From: Arcobacteraceae bacterium
GTDB taxonomy: Bacteria; Campylobacterota; Campylobacteria; Campylobacterales; Arcobacteraceae
NCBI GenBank assembly: GCA_963662945.1
Contig: OY759974.1
Location: forward strand, 2,400,001 to 2,464,000
Reading direction: 5' to 3'
DNA: 64,000 nt
Shown here piece after piece: positions 10,256 through 22,395 of the stretch. Under the pieces are notes generated by a model that saw only the letters and a program-made list of their open reading frames with translations, searched no databases and was not told the origin of the DNA. Each line of letters starts with the position of its first letter. Within the stretch, counting starts at the first letter, position 1. The position numbers were made by a program, and so were the translations under genes.

Positions 10256-10523
10256 ATTTGTCTCCTAAACTAGTAAAATAATATTGTGAAATATAAGCTA
10301 TTTATACCACTTTACAGAATAAAAGCTTAAATTTATTCAAATAGCTTTCTTTTTAGAAATAATTGTGATATACTCCATTTACAAAAAGATGGTTCGAGTT
10401 ACATCTTTAGTCTGCATTATATTGTTTACTTTTCAGTTACAGTACATTCATCCTAAAAGAAAATCTCATATTATATTTTTACAGCCTTAGAAATTTGGCA
10501 TATTTAACAACAAAGGAATTACA

Positions 10524-10742
10524 ATGGCAACATTAGTAAACGGAACAGTAAAATGGTTCAACAGTGAAAAAGGTTTCGGTTTTATCGAACAAAAAGATGG
10601 TGGAAAAGATGTATTTGTACATTTTAGACAAATTAATAGCAATGGATATGAAAGAGCTTCATTAAATGAAGGTCAAGAGGTAACTTTTGAAATTGGTGAA
10701 GGTCAAAAAGGGCCACAAGCAGAAAACGTTACAGGTTTATAA
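10524..10742 (+). CDS. cspA: Cold-shock protein
   Basis: [12 protein letters not shown] and DVFVHF. Extended -10 TGaTATACT near 10366-10374 implies a roughly 140-nt 5' UTR, typical of csp genes. Confidence 0.93.
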   Translation: MATLVNGTVKWFNSEKGFGFIEQKDGGKDVFVHFRQINSNGYERASLNEGQEVTFEIGEGQKGPQAENVTGL

Positions 10743-10762
10743 TAACTATTTTATTTAGACAT

Positions 10763-10797
10763 AAAAAAAGGGTGATGTTAAAACATCACCCTTTTTT
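10763..10797. terminator. Bidirectional rho-independent terminator
   Basis: A7-GGGTGATGTT-aa-AACATCACCC-T6 between convergent csp and valS. Confidence 0.85.
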
Positions 10798-10814
10798 ATT
10801 AGATTTATTCAATT

Positions 10815-13430
<2,616 letters not shown>

Positions 13431-13515
13431 ATTTTCCCTAAGTGTGTTTATTTAATCGCGATTATACTGTAAAGTCACTTATTATTCACAAAAATGCAAA
13501 TGGAGTTCATGGTAC

Positions 13516-13544
13516 TTGACATTATTACTAATTAGTAATATAAT
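13516..13544 (+). promoter_or_regulatory. Consensus sigma70 promoter with palindromic operator in its spacer
   Basis: TTGACA(13516-21)-N17-TATAAT(13539-44); perfect palindrome TATTACTAATTAGTAATA at 13523-13540. Confidence 0.85.
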
Positions 13545-13562
13545 TTTATTAGGAGTTTGAAA

Positions 13563-14015
13563 ATGAAAGTAAAAACAACAAAGACATATGGAAAAACAGC
13601 TGATAAATCAATGCAAACATGGATGCAGATTTTTAGAACTTATAATAAAATAAGAGCTAAAGAAACAGCATATATTCAAGCATTTGATTTAACAATGAAT
13701 CAGTTTCAAGTTTTGGAAGTATTGTATCATCGAGGTGATTTAAATATTGGTTCCATAACACAACTTACCATGAGTACACCAGGAAATATTACAGTTGTTG
13801 TAAGAAATCTTAAAAGAGATGGGTATATTACTGCTATTGCTGATAGTAAGGATAAAAGAGCTTCAATACTTTCACTTACACAAAAAGGGAAAGATGTTAT
13901 TGAAAAGTTGTTTCCAAATCATGCCAAAAATTTTGAAAAATATTTTGAAATATTGAGTGAAGAAGAAACGGATACTTTATTTAGAATTTTAAGAAAGTTA
14001 CATAAAGCACAGTAG
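13563..14015 (+). CDS. MarR-family transcriptional regulator
   Basis: LTMNQFQVLEVLYHRG...DKRA..LSLTQKG. ATG 13563 lies 7 nt after AGGAG (ORF track start 13557). Confidence 0.9.
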   Translation: MKVKTTKTYGKTADKSMQTWMQIFRTYNKIRAKETAYIQAFDLTMNQFQVLEVLYHRGDLNIGSITQLTMSTPGNITVVVRNLKRDGYITAIADSKDKRASILSLTQKGKDVIEKLFPNHAKNFEKYFEILSEEETDTLFRILRKLHKAQ

Positions 14016-14031
14016 CTTTTTTTTCAATAAG

Positions 14032-14049
14032 TAATACTAATTAGTAATA
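14032..14049. promoter_or_regulatory. Second copy of the putative MarR operator
   Basis: TAATACTAATTAGTAATA, 17/18 identical to 13523-13540, just before the dioxygenase RBS. Confidence 0.75.
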
Positions 14050-14064
14050 AAGGATAGTATAAAA

Positions 14065-14841
14065 ATGTTACCAAGTTTATTTATATCACATGGAAGTCCA
14101 GCTTTAGTTTTAATGGAAAATGATACTACTAAGTTTTTCCAGGAGTTGTCATCTTTATTTGATAGACCTAAGTATATATTAGTAATATCTGCTCATTGGA
14201 CAACAAAAGAATTGAAAATATTGGCAAATGATGAACCTTTTTTGATATATGATTTTTATAATTTTCCAAAAGAGATGTATGAGATGGAATATCCAGCATT
14301 AAATTCTATGAAAAAAGTAGATGATATTGTAAGTTTGTTGAAAAAAAATAATATATCTATAACAAAAGATGAGGATAGATCAGGATATGATCATGGTGTT
14401 TGGTCTCCTTTAAAATTAATTTATCCAAAGGCTGATATCCCAGTTATACAACTCTCTTTACCAATGAACTATACACCAAGGGAATTAATAAAATTAGGGG
14501 AAGTTTTATTTAAACTCAGAGAAGATACTCTTATTTTGGGTAGTGGAAATATGACACATAATCTTGGTGGAGTGAATTGGAGAGATATAGAAGCTAAACC
14601 AGTAGCTTATGCACAAAAATTTAGAAATTGGGTAGTAGAAAAACTACAAATAGGTGATAAAAAGAGTTTGGAAGATTATATGAAGCAAGCTCCTTATGTA
14701 AGAGAAAATCACCCAACAACAGAGCATTTTTTACCATTGTTAGTAACTTTGGGTGCATCCAAAGATGGTATTGGAAAATCTTTGCATGATAGTTATATGT
14801 TTGGAAACTTATCTATGGATAGTATAATATTTAGGAGTTAA
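14065..14841 (+). CDS. DODA/LigB-type extradiol ring-cleavage dioxygenase (YgiD-like)
   Basis: FISHGSP, SAHW, DHGVW, GSGNMTHNL and HPTTEHFLPL. Confidence 0.9.
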   Translation: MLPSLFISHGSPALVLMENDTTKFFQELSSLFDRPKYILVISAHWTTKELKILANDEPFLIYDFYNFPKEMYEMEYPALNSMKKVDDIVSLLKKNNISITKDEDRSGYDHGVWSPLKLIYPKADIPVIQLSLPMNYTPRELIKLGEVLFKLREDTLILGSGNMTHNLGGVNWRDIEAKPVAYAQKFRNWVVEKLQIGDKKSLEDYMKQAPYVRENHPTTEHFLPLLVTLGASKDGIGKSLHDSYMFGNLSMDSIIFRS

Positions 14842-14843
14842 AT

Positions 14844-15548
14844 ATGTTGAAAAAATTACCAAAAGAAAATATGGGAACATCAAATTTAGGTTGGTTAGAG
14901 AGTAGGTTTCATTTCTCATTTGCAGATTATGTAAACTATGACAATATGAATTTTGGAGTGTTAAGAGTTTTAAATGATGATATTATTCATCCTCAAAGTG
15001 GTTTTGATACACATCCACACAGAGATATGGAAATTATCTCTTATGTGGTGCAAGGAGAGATTACTCATAAAGATTCTATGGGAAATGCAGAAACATTAAA
15101 AAGGGGAGAAGTGCAATATATGAGTGCAGGCACAGGCGTTAGGCACAGTGAACATAATTTGCATCCCAATAAAGATTTAAGACTATTGCAAATATGGATA
15201 GTTCCATCCCAAAAAGGTTTAGAGCCTGTGTACGGTTCACATAAATTTGATGAATCAGAATCAAAAAATAAACTTCTAAATATAGTATCTTCAGATGAAG
15301 GAGATGCTAAAATTAAAATCCACCAAGATGTAAATATCTATGTATCTAAGTTAGAAAAATCGAGAAGTTTAGATTTTACTGTAAAAAAAGGGAGACAAAT
15401 ATATTTTGTTCAAATTGAGGGAATATCTAATATTAATGGTGTAATATTAGAAGATGGCGATGGAATGGAGATAGTGAATGAAACAAAACTAGATATACAA
15501 GCTTTAGAAAATTCCCATTTTTTATTTATCGAAATGAGTGATTCCTAA
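14844..15548 (+). CDS. Pirin-family protein (YhhW-like)
   Basis: GFDTHPHRDMEI, HKDSMGN, MSAGTGVRHSE and LQIWI. Confidence 0.92.
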   Translation: MLKKLPKENMGTSNLGWLESRFHFSFADYVNYDNMNFGVLRVLNDDIIHPQSGFDTHPHRDMEIISYVVQGEITHKDSMGNAETLKRGEVQYMSAGTGVRHSEHNLHPNKDLRLLQIWIVPSQKGLEPVYGSHKFDESESKNKLLNIVSSDEGDAKIKIHQDVNIYVSKLEKSRSLDFTVKKGRQIYFVQIEGISNINGVILEDGDGMEIVNETKLDIQALENSHFLFIEMSDS

Positions 15549-15550
15549 TC

Positions 15551-16480
15551 TTATTGTATAGTATCTAGAACTATAAGATATTTTCCAGCTAAATTATAAT
15601 ATGCTGGATAATCTGGTGCTTTTGCATATTTATGAAGCCATTTTGAGCCTTTGAGTACATTTTTATGAAGTACTAGATTGTTATCTAAAAATCTATTAAG
15701 TTCATCTGTTGTACGTACACAGCCATGAGAATTTGGTATTCCCATTGGCATTGATGATTTATGTGAATGTAAAGCAAAGTCTAACTTATCTCTTATAAGT
15801 CTCCATTTATCAGGATTTTGGATTTTATTTCCTTCTTTATCAAAAGTATTGTATCTTACTGTTGTATGTTTCCCAAAATAAAAAACATATCTATCTTTTT
15901 CTCCATAGCCTAAAGTAATATTATCTTCATTTTTTTTCCCATCAGAACGCCAACCAAGTTGTGTTTCAAATACTCCAGCAGGTGTTTTTAAATAATGGTT
16001 GTCTCCATATTGGATTTCTGCTTCTCTTTTAATATTTCCACTTGATATTAAATCTCTTCCAATGTATTCATATTGTTTTGATTGATTATCCCAAAGAGCA
16101 ATGATAAAATATTGATTTTCTAAGTCAATAATACTTACAAATTGACTCTCTTCAAAAGATATTTTTTTTGTCTCTAGTTTTGCTAAAATTTTATCCCAAT
16201 ACTCTTTGTCATAAAGTGTTTTAGATAGTTTTTGTTTTAGTATTCTTTGTAGTTTTTTATCTTTTTGAACACTTTCCCACGTTTTTAGTCTTTTGATTTG
16301 TTTTTTTAAACACTCATACTCTTCTTGACAATTTTTTTCAAGAAAATGGGAAAACCTTTGTTTATAACTGTTGAGTTCTAATACATTTTCTTTAAATTCA
16401 TCTTGAAGTTGTTTTACATCTATATCATTAGAAAACAGAAAATTTACAACTAAACTTATTATTAATATCAATCTTATCAT
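15551..16480 (-). CDS. Putative L,D-transpeptidase family protein
   Basis: Signal peptide, TPAGVF and the ALH...SHGCVR catalytic motif. Confidence 0.7.
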   Translation of the reverse strand: MIRLILIISLVVNFLFSNDIDVKQLQDEFKENVLELNSYKQRFSHFLEKNCQEEYECLKKQIKRLKTWESVQKDKKLQRILKQKLSKTLYDKEYWDKILAKLETKKISFEESQFVSIIDLENQYFIIALWDNQSKQYEYIGRDLISSGNIKREAEIQYGDNHYLKTPAGVFETQLGWRSDGKKNEDNITLGYGEKDRYVFYFGKHTTVRYNTFDKEGNKIQNPDKWRLIRDKLDFALHSHKSSMPMGIPNSHGCVRTTDELNRFLDNNLVLHKNVLKGSKWLHKYAKAPDYPAYYNLAGKYLIVLDTIQ

Positions 16481-16559
16481 AATCTTATTTTATACAATTT
16501 AAACTAAAGATATGATATTATCGCGACTATATGAATAAATTATAATAAAAGAGAGTTGA

Positions 16560-17393
16560 ATGAAAGAATATAGATTACTTATTGAGACAAGTGATACAAA
16601 AGGTTTAGTATATAATATTTCTAAGGTATTATTTGAACACAATTTAAATATTGTAAACAATTCAGAATTTGTTGATAATGAAACAGAAGAGTTTTTTATG
16701 AGAACTGTTATTACAGGTAGTTTTGATGAAAAAGTTTTAATCGATGATTTAAGAGGTGTATTACCACAAAATGCAAATATTAAGCTAACAAATAGTGATA
16801 AAAAAGATATAGTAATACTTGCAACAAAAGAGATGCATTGTTTAGGAGATCTGCTTATAAAATATATGGCAGGCGAATTAGATGCAAATATTACAGCAGT
16901 TGTATCAAATCATGATAGTTTAAGAGCATTAGTTGAAAAATTTGATATTCCATTTGAATATGTATCTCATGAAAACTTAAGTAGAGAAGACCATGAAAAC
17001 TTAATTATAAAAGCTATTAAAAAATATGATTATGAACTCATAGTATTAGCAAAATATATGAGAATTCTTACACCTAATTTTGTAAGAACATTTCCAAAAC
17101 AAGTTTTAAATATACATCATTCTTTTTTACCTGCATTTATTGGAGCAAATCCATATAAACAAGCACATGAAAGAGGTGTAAAGATTATAGGTGCTACGAG
17201 TCACTGGGTAACTGATGATTTAGATGAAGGGCCGATTATCGCTCAAGATATTACAAGAGTTGATCATAATTACTCGTGGGAAGATATGAGAGATGCTGGA
17301 AGAAATGTAGAAAAAGTTGTGTTATCAAATGCTTTGGATTTAGTTTTAAAAGACAAAGTTTTTATCTATGGTAATAGAACAGTTATTTTATAG
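16560..17393 (+). CDS. purU: Formyltetrahydrofolate deformylase
   Basis: ACT domain plus LAKYMRIL, NIHHSFLPAFIGANPY and LDEGPII. Confidence 0.95.
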   Translation: MKEYRLLIETSDTKGLVYNISKVLFEHNLNIVNNSEFVDNETEEFFMRTVITGSFDEKVLIDDLRGVLPQNANIKLTNSDKKDIVILATKEMHCLGDLLIKYMAGELDANITAVVSNHDSLRALVEKFDIPFEYVSHENLSREDHENLIIKAIKKYDYELIVLAKYMRILTPNFVRTFPKQVLNIHHSFLPAFIGANPYKQAHERGVKIIGATSHWVTDDLDEGPIIAQDITRVDHNYSWEDMRDAGRNVEKVVLSNALDLVLKDKVFIYGNRTVIL

Positions 17394-17404
17394 GTTTCAA
17401 GCTT

Positions 17405-17875
17405 ATGTTTAATATAGTTTTATTAGAACCAAGAATGCCTGGAAATGTGGGAACTATTGGAAGACTTGCTTATGTAACTGCTTCAAAACTTCATCTTATA
17501 AAACCTTATGGTTTTGGTGAAATTACAGAAAAAGAAGTAAGACGAGCAGGACTTGATTATTGGGAACATTTAGAAGTATTTGAATATGAAAATATAGAAG
17601 AATTTTGGGAAAAGAATCCAAAGACAGATAGACATTTTTTTGCCACAACAAAAACAGATAAACTCTATTTTGATGCACAGTATCAACCTGAAGATTATTT
17701 TTATTTTGGTCGAGAAGATGCAGGACTCCCTGAAGAATTATTAGAGAATAATAAAGAAACTTGCATCAATATCCCAATGACAAACAATGCTAGAAGTATC
17801 AATATCGCAAATAGTGTTTCAATAGTTGTTTATGATGCAATACGACAAAACTATGAAGCGTTTTCGAAACTTTAA
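17405..17875 (+). CDS. trmL: tRNA (cytidine34-2'-O)-methyltransferase
   Basis: SPOUT motifs PRMPGNVG, RRAGLDYW, FGREDAGLP and IPM...RSINIANS. Confidence 0.92.
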   Translation: MFNIVLLEPRMPGNVGTIGRLAYVTASKLHLIKPYGFGEITEKEVRRAGLDYWEHLEVFEYENIEEFWEKNPKTDRHFFATTKTDKLYFDAQYQPEDYFYFGREDAGLPEELLENNKETCINIPMTNNARSINIANSVSIVVYDAIRQNYEAFSKL

Positions 17876-17885
17876 AGGATAAGTA

Positions 17886-18551
17886 TTGATAAATATTTTA
17901 CTACTAGAAGATGACGAACTTTTTAGCCTTTCTTTGATTGATTATTTAGAAGAATTTGGTGACTTTAATGTAACTCATGTAAATACATCTACTAAACTTT
18001 TAGAACTTACTTTTGAAAATAGATATGATTTATATTTACTTGACATAAATTTACCTGATATAAGTGGATTAGATTTACTAAAAGAGTTACGTTCTAGTAG
18101 TGATGAAACACCAGCAATATTTTTAACTTCTTATAAAGATAAAGAAACTTTAAAAGATGGTTTTCATAGTGGTGCAGATGATTTTTTAACTAAACCTTTT
18201 GATATGGATGAGTTGGTTTTACGAATTAACTCTTTAATCAAAAGATTTAAAAAACACTCTATAGTAAATATAGGAAATATTGAATTTAATTTTGATAATA
18301 AAACTGTCAAAAAAAATGGTGAAATTATCAAGTTTAGTTTAAAAGCTTTAGACTTATTTGAATTATTTTATCAAAATAATAATTCAATTGTTTCAAAAGA
18401 GATGATCATCAATAAGCTGTGGAATGTAAGTGAAGAGTATAGTGAAGGTTCTATTCGTGTTTATGTAAACAATATTAAAAAGCTGTTTGAAGATGAAGAG
18501 CTTTTTAATATATCAAATTTAAAAAATATTGGATATAAGATTGAATATTAA
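17886..18551 (+). CDS. OmpR-family response regulator
   Basis: LLEDD, LLDINLP, GADDFLTKPF and C-terminal wHTH. Confidence 0.9.
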   Translation: MINILLLEDDELFSLSLIDYLEEFGDFNVTHVNTSTKLLELTFENRYDLYLLDINLPDISGLDLLKELRSSSDETPAIFLTSYKDKETLKDGFHSGADDFLTKPFDMDELVLRINSLIKRFKKHSIVNIGNIEFNFDNKTVKKNGEIIKFSLKALDLFELFYQNNNSIVSKEMIINKLWNVSEEYSEGSIRVYVNNIKKLFEDEELFNISNLKNIGYKIEY

Positions 18552-19404
18552 ACAAAGAGATTTTTTAATATCAAATACAATAGTAGTAGTATTTACAGTA
18601 TTACTTACTTTGATAATATATAATTTTCTTACAGTAAAGTTTGGATTCAACCAAGATACATTTTATCCTATCACTTTTGTTTTACTTTTATTTGCAACAG
18701 TCTTTTATTATTTCTTGAGTAAATCCCTTTTACAACCATTATTTAAAAGTGAAAAAGAGATACAAAATCTTATAAAAGAGACACTTCATGAGATAAATAC
18801 ACCTGTTGCAACAATTAAGATGAATACAAAAATGTTGCAAAAAAAAGAGGAAAATCCGAAAAATCTTGAAAGATTAGAGAGAATTGAAACCTCTTGTGAT
18901 AATCTACTGAATCTTTATACTCAGATGGAATATTCACTTAAAGAAAAGATAGATAGTGTGACAGTTGAGAGTTTTGATATCAATGAGATAATCACAAAAT
19001 CTATTGAAAAATTTAAAGATATAAAAAAAGATATACAAATAAATTATCAACCACAATCATTGATGATAGAAACCGATAAAAATGGGTTTGAAAGAGTAAT
19101 AGATAATCTTATTTCAAATGGGATTAAATACAATAAACCAAATGGAAAAATAAATATATTTTTAGAAAATTATACATTAAAAATAAGTGATACAGGAATA
19201 GGAATAGACACAAAAAATCTTTTTCATGTGTTTGATAAATATTATCAAGAAAATAGTTTAAATAGTGGAATAGGGCTTGGACTTAATATAGTAAAAGCAT
19301 ATTGTGATAAGTATAAAATTGATTTAAAAATAGACTCTACAAAAGATGTAGGAAGTGAGTTTAGTTTAGATTTAAAAGGGATAATTTGGCAACAAAACAA
19401 ATAG
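18529..19404 (+). CDS. Sensor histidine kinase
   Basis: Two TM segments, LHEINTP, NLISNGIKYN, DTGIGI and GIGLGL. The start may be TTG 18541. Confidence 0.88.
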   Translation: MDIRLNIKQRDFLISNTIVVVFTVLLTLIIYNFLTVKFGFNQDTFYPITFVLLLFATVFYYFLSKSLLQPLFKSEKEIQNLIKETLHEINTPVATIKMNTKMLQKKEENPKNLERLERIETSCDNLLNLYTQMEYSLKEKIDSVTVESFDINEIITKSIEKFKDIKKDIQINYQPQSLMIETDKNGFERVIDNLISNGIKYNKPNGKINIFLENYTLKISDTGIGIDTKNLFHVFDKYYQENSLNSGIGLGLNIVKAYCDKYKIDLKIDSTKDVGSEFSLDLKGIIWQQNK

Positions 19405-20117
19405 ACTACTTTGATAAAAGTTTTCATATCAATTATGAGATAGTAAACAATGATAAATCAGAAGTGATAGTTTTTCTTCATGGTTGGGGAAGTAATAAAG
19501 AGATTATGAAACAAGCTTTTGGAGAGAAACTAAAAGAGTTTAAACATATCTATATAGATATGCCAGGGTTTGGGAAAAGTGATAATAACTATATCTTAAC
19601 AACGATAGATTATGCAAATATCGTAAAAATATTTTTAAACAATCTGAATATAAATCCAAATGATGTAACTATAGCTGGACACTCTTTTGGTGGAAAAGTT
19701 GCAACTACACTTATGCCAAAACTTCTTGTGTTGATGAGTAGTGCTGGAATTGTTGAAGAAAAATCTGCAAAAACTCTTCTTACAATTCGTATGGCAAAAG
19801 TTTTTAATAGATTTGGACTAGGAAAAATTACAAAGATGTTTAGAAGCAATGATGTTAATGGGATGCCTCAAAATATGTATGAGACATTTAAAAATGTAGT
19901 TGATGAAGATTTTTCTGAATATTTTAAAGGGTTTTATAAAGAGGCGTTAATATTTTGGGGAGAAAATGATACTGCAACTTCTTTAGAATCTGGAAAAACT
20001 ATCCACAGTTTTATAAAAAATAGTTTTTTCAAATCCTATGATGCAGACCATTATTTCTTTTTAAAGTATAGTGACGATATCTCTAAAGAGATAGAAAATA
20101 AACTAATAAATACTTAG
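19386..20117 (+). CDS. Alpha/beta hydrolase
   Basis: FLHGWG, DMPGFGKS and GHSFGG nucleophile elbow. Confidence 0.88.
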   Translation: MATKQIDYFDKSFHINYEIVNNDKSEVIVFLHGWGSNKEIMKQAFGEKLKEFKHIYIDMPGFGKSDNNYILTTIDYANIVKIFLNNLNINPNDVTIAGHSFGGKVATTLMPKLLVLMSSAGIVEEKSAKTLLTIRMAKVFNRFGLGKITKMFRSNDVNGMPQNMYETFKNVVDEDFSEYFKGFYKEALIFWGENDTATSLESGKTIHSFIKNSFFKSYDADHYFFLKYSDDISKEIENKLINT

Positions 20118-20198
20118 ATGTAAAGGAAAAATTAAAGTTTTAATAACTTTTAATTCATTATATAAGTTCATTTAAATAAAGTAAAGATATTATACATA

Positions 20199-21626
20199 AT
20201 GGTTAAAAACTCAGATATACTAAAAAATATTCCTAAAACAATTATTCTAGAATTGAAAAATAATACAATAATTGAGTGCTATGGCGATAAAAAAAACTTG
20301 TCAGATTTAAAGAACAAAAAACTACAAGATATATTTAAAAAACAAACATATGACAGTTTAAAAAAGCTTCTTGACAAAAAGTATGACAACATTTTAATCA
20401 CATGGGACAATAAAGAGTATGAGGTACATTTTAAAAATAGGATACTCTATTTTCATGATATTACACAGTATAGTAATGTTGAGTTAAAATTAAAACAAAG
20501 TTTAACTGACTTAAGATCAAAAAAAGAGGAATTACAAGCTGTATTTGATCTTGCTGCAAATGGTATATCTATTTTAGATAGAAATGGTATGTTTTTATAT
20601 GCTAATAAATTTTTTCAAAATATGATGGAATATACTATGGAAGAACTTTACAACGAATCGTGTATTTCTCTTTCTGCTCCTGAATATGCAAAACCTTCAC
20701 AAACAGCAGTGCAAAAAGCTATTCAATATGGAGCTATTGAAAAGTTTAAAAAAGTGTGTATTACAAAATCAGGTGTTCATCTTAATGCTAGTATGTCTTT
20801 ATCTTATCTAGAAAGTAGAGATGAAATTCTTATGATTACCTCGGATATAACAGAAGATATTCAATATCAAGATAAATTAAAAAAACAAGTAGAGATTGAA
20901 GTAGCTAAAAGAAGTGAACAACACGAAGTTATGTGTCATCAGTCAAGACTTGCAGCAATGGGAGAGATGATAGACTCTATTGCACATCAGTGGAGACAAC
21001 CTCTTAATAGCTTGGGAATTATTATTCAAGGCTTAAGACATATCTCTACTCAAAAAAATATCGATGTTAAATTTTTAAAAGAGATTGAAGTTGAGATTAT
21101 GGAGAAAGTAAACTATATGTCTCAAACAATTGATGATTTTAGTATGTTCTTTAGAATATCTAAACAAAAAGAGAAATTTAATGTTTTAAAAAGTATTCAA
21201 GATGCAATAAGACTTATAGATATTCAATTGAAAAATAATCATATAGTTTTTGATATAAATGTAGATGATAATCTTGATTTAAATGTACTGGGTTTTGTGA
21301 ATGAATTTCGTCAAGTAGTATTAAATATGATTCATAATGCAATGATGGCAATTGTCTCAACAAAAAAAGAAAATGGAAAGATAGAGATAATTATTAAAAG
21401 TAATAGAAAAAATTTACATATAGAGATTAGTGATAATGGTGGTGGAATTTCAAAAGAAAATATGCCAAAAATATTTAATCCATACTTTACAACAAAAGAT
21501 AAAGGGAGTGGAATAGGGCTTTATATGTCAAAAGTGATTATTGAAAATCATATGGATGGATTATTAGCAGTAAAAAATAAAAAAGATGGTGCACAGTTTA
21601 CCATTATGTTACCACAAGGAAAATAG
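20199..21626 (+). CDS. Cytoplasmic PAS sensor histidine kinase
   Basis: PAS, IAHQWRQPL, DNGGGI, FNPYFTTK and GSGIGL; no TM segment. Confidence 0.9.
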   Translation: MVKNSDILKNIPKTIILELKNNTIIECYGDKKNLSDLKNKKLQDIFKKQTYDSLKKLLDKKYDNILITWDNKEYEVHFKNRILYFHDITQYSNVELKLKQSLTDLRSKKEELQAVFDLAANGISILDRNGMFLYANKFFQNMMEYTMEELYNESCISLSAPEYAKPSQTAVQKAIQYGAIEKFKKVCITKSGVHLNASMSLSYLESRDEILMITSDITEDIQYQDKLKKQVEIEVAKRSEQHEVMCHQSRLAAMGEMIDSIAHQWRQPLNSLGIIIQGLRHISTQKNIDVKFLKEIEVEIMEKVNYMSQTIDDFSMFFRISKQKEKFNVLKSIQDAIRLIDIQLKNNHIVFDINVDDNLDLNVLGFVNEFRQVVLNMIHNAMMAIVSTKKENGKIEIIIKSNRKNLHIEISDNGGGISKENMPKIFNPYFTTKDKGSGIGLYMSKVIIENHMDGLLAVKNKKDGAQFTIMLPQGK

Positions 21627-22322
21627 ATGGAAGCGATACATAAAAGATTACAATCCTTAACTTTACTAATAGCAGAAGATGATGAGAGTACTTTAAAATG
21701 GTTGAGTAGAGTTTTATCACTTTATTTTAAAGAGGTAAGAGGTGCAAAAGATGCTATGGAAGCATTAGAGCTTTTCAATGAAAAACCATCGGATGTGATT
21801 ATATCAGATATTCAAATGCCACAAGTTGATGGATTGCATCTATTACAAAAAATTGCATCAATTTCACCAAAAACTATTCGAGTTGTTATGACAGCTTTCA
21901 ATACTCCTGAATATATTAATAGAGCTGTGGAATCAGAGGTGCATTTTTATCTTAAAAAGCCAATAGATATAGATGAATTTTTGGTTGCAATTGCATCAAA
22001 TATCCCAAAAGAAGTTATAAAAGAGACTTTAGTATCCTTAGGTAAGGGTTATTTTTATGATACTTTACAAAAGTTAGTGGTAAAAGAAGATGCAATGATT
22101 AGACTTACTAAAAAAGAGATTTTATTTATTGAATTATTATTACAAAATAAAAAATCAATTGTAAGTATAGAACAGATTGAAAATAGTATTTGGGAAGAAC
22201 CTGTAACAGCAGATGCTATTAGAATGGTTGTTGTTGGAATACGAAAAAAACTTTACCAAGATATTATTGAAAATATAAAAGGTCTTGGATATAGACTGAA
22301 TTTAGAACAAAATCTTATATAA
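21627..22322 (+). CDS. OmpR-family response regulator
   Basis: AEDD, SDIQMP, KP and wHTH ending GLGYRL. Confidence 0.9.
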   Translation: MEAIHKRLQSLTLLIAEDDESTLKWLSRVLSLYFKEVRGAKDAMEALELFNEKPSDVIISDIQMPQVDGLHLLQKIASISPKTIRVVMTAFNTPEYINRAVESEVHFYLKKPIDIDEFLVAIASNIPKEVIKETLVSLGKGYFYDTLQKLVVKEDAMIRLTKKEILFIELLLQNKKSIVSIEQIENSIWEEPVTADAIRMVVVGIRKKLYQDIIENIKGLGYRLNLEQNLI

Positions 22323-22395
22323 ACCTTATTAATCTCTTATAGTAATCTTTTTATTTTTAGTTACGATTGTTATGTAACTAAAAAAGGAGATACAT

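Noticed and set aside
964-10797. Similar sequences AAAAAAAGGGTG...CACCCTTTTTTAT at 964 and 10763 as ends of a mobile element
   Set aside because: Each is a self-contained hairpin between convergent genes with different inner stems; ordinary bidirectional terminators.
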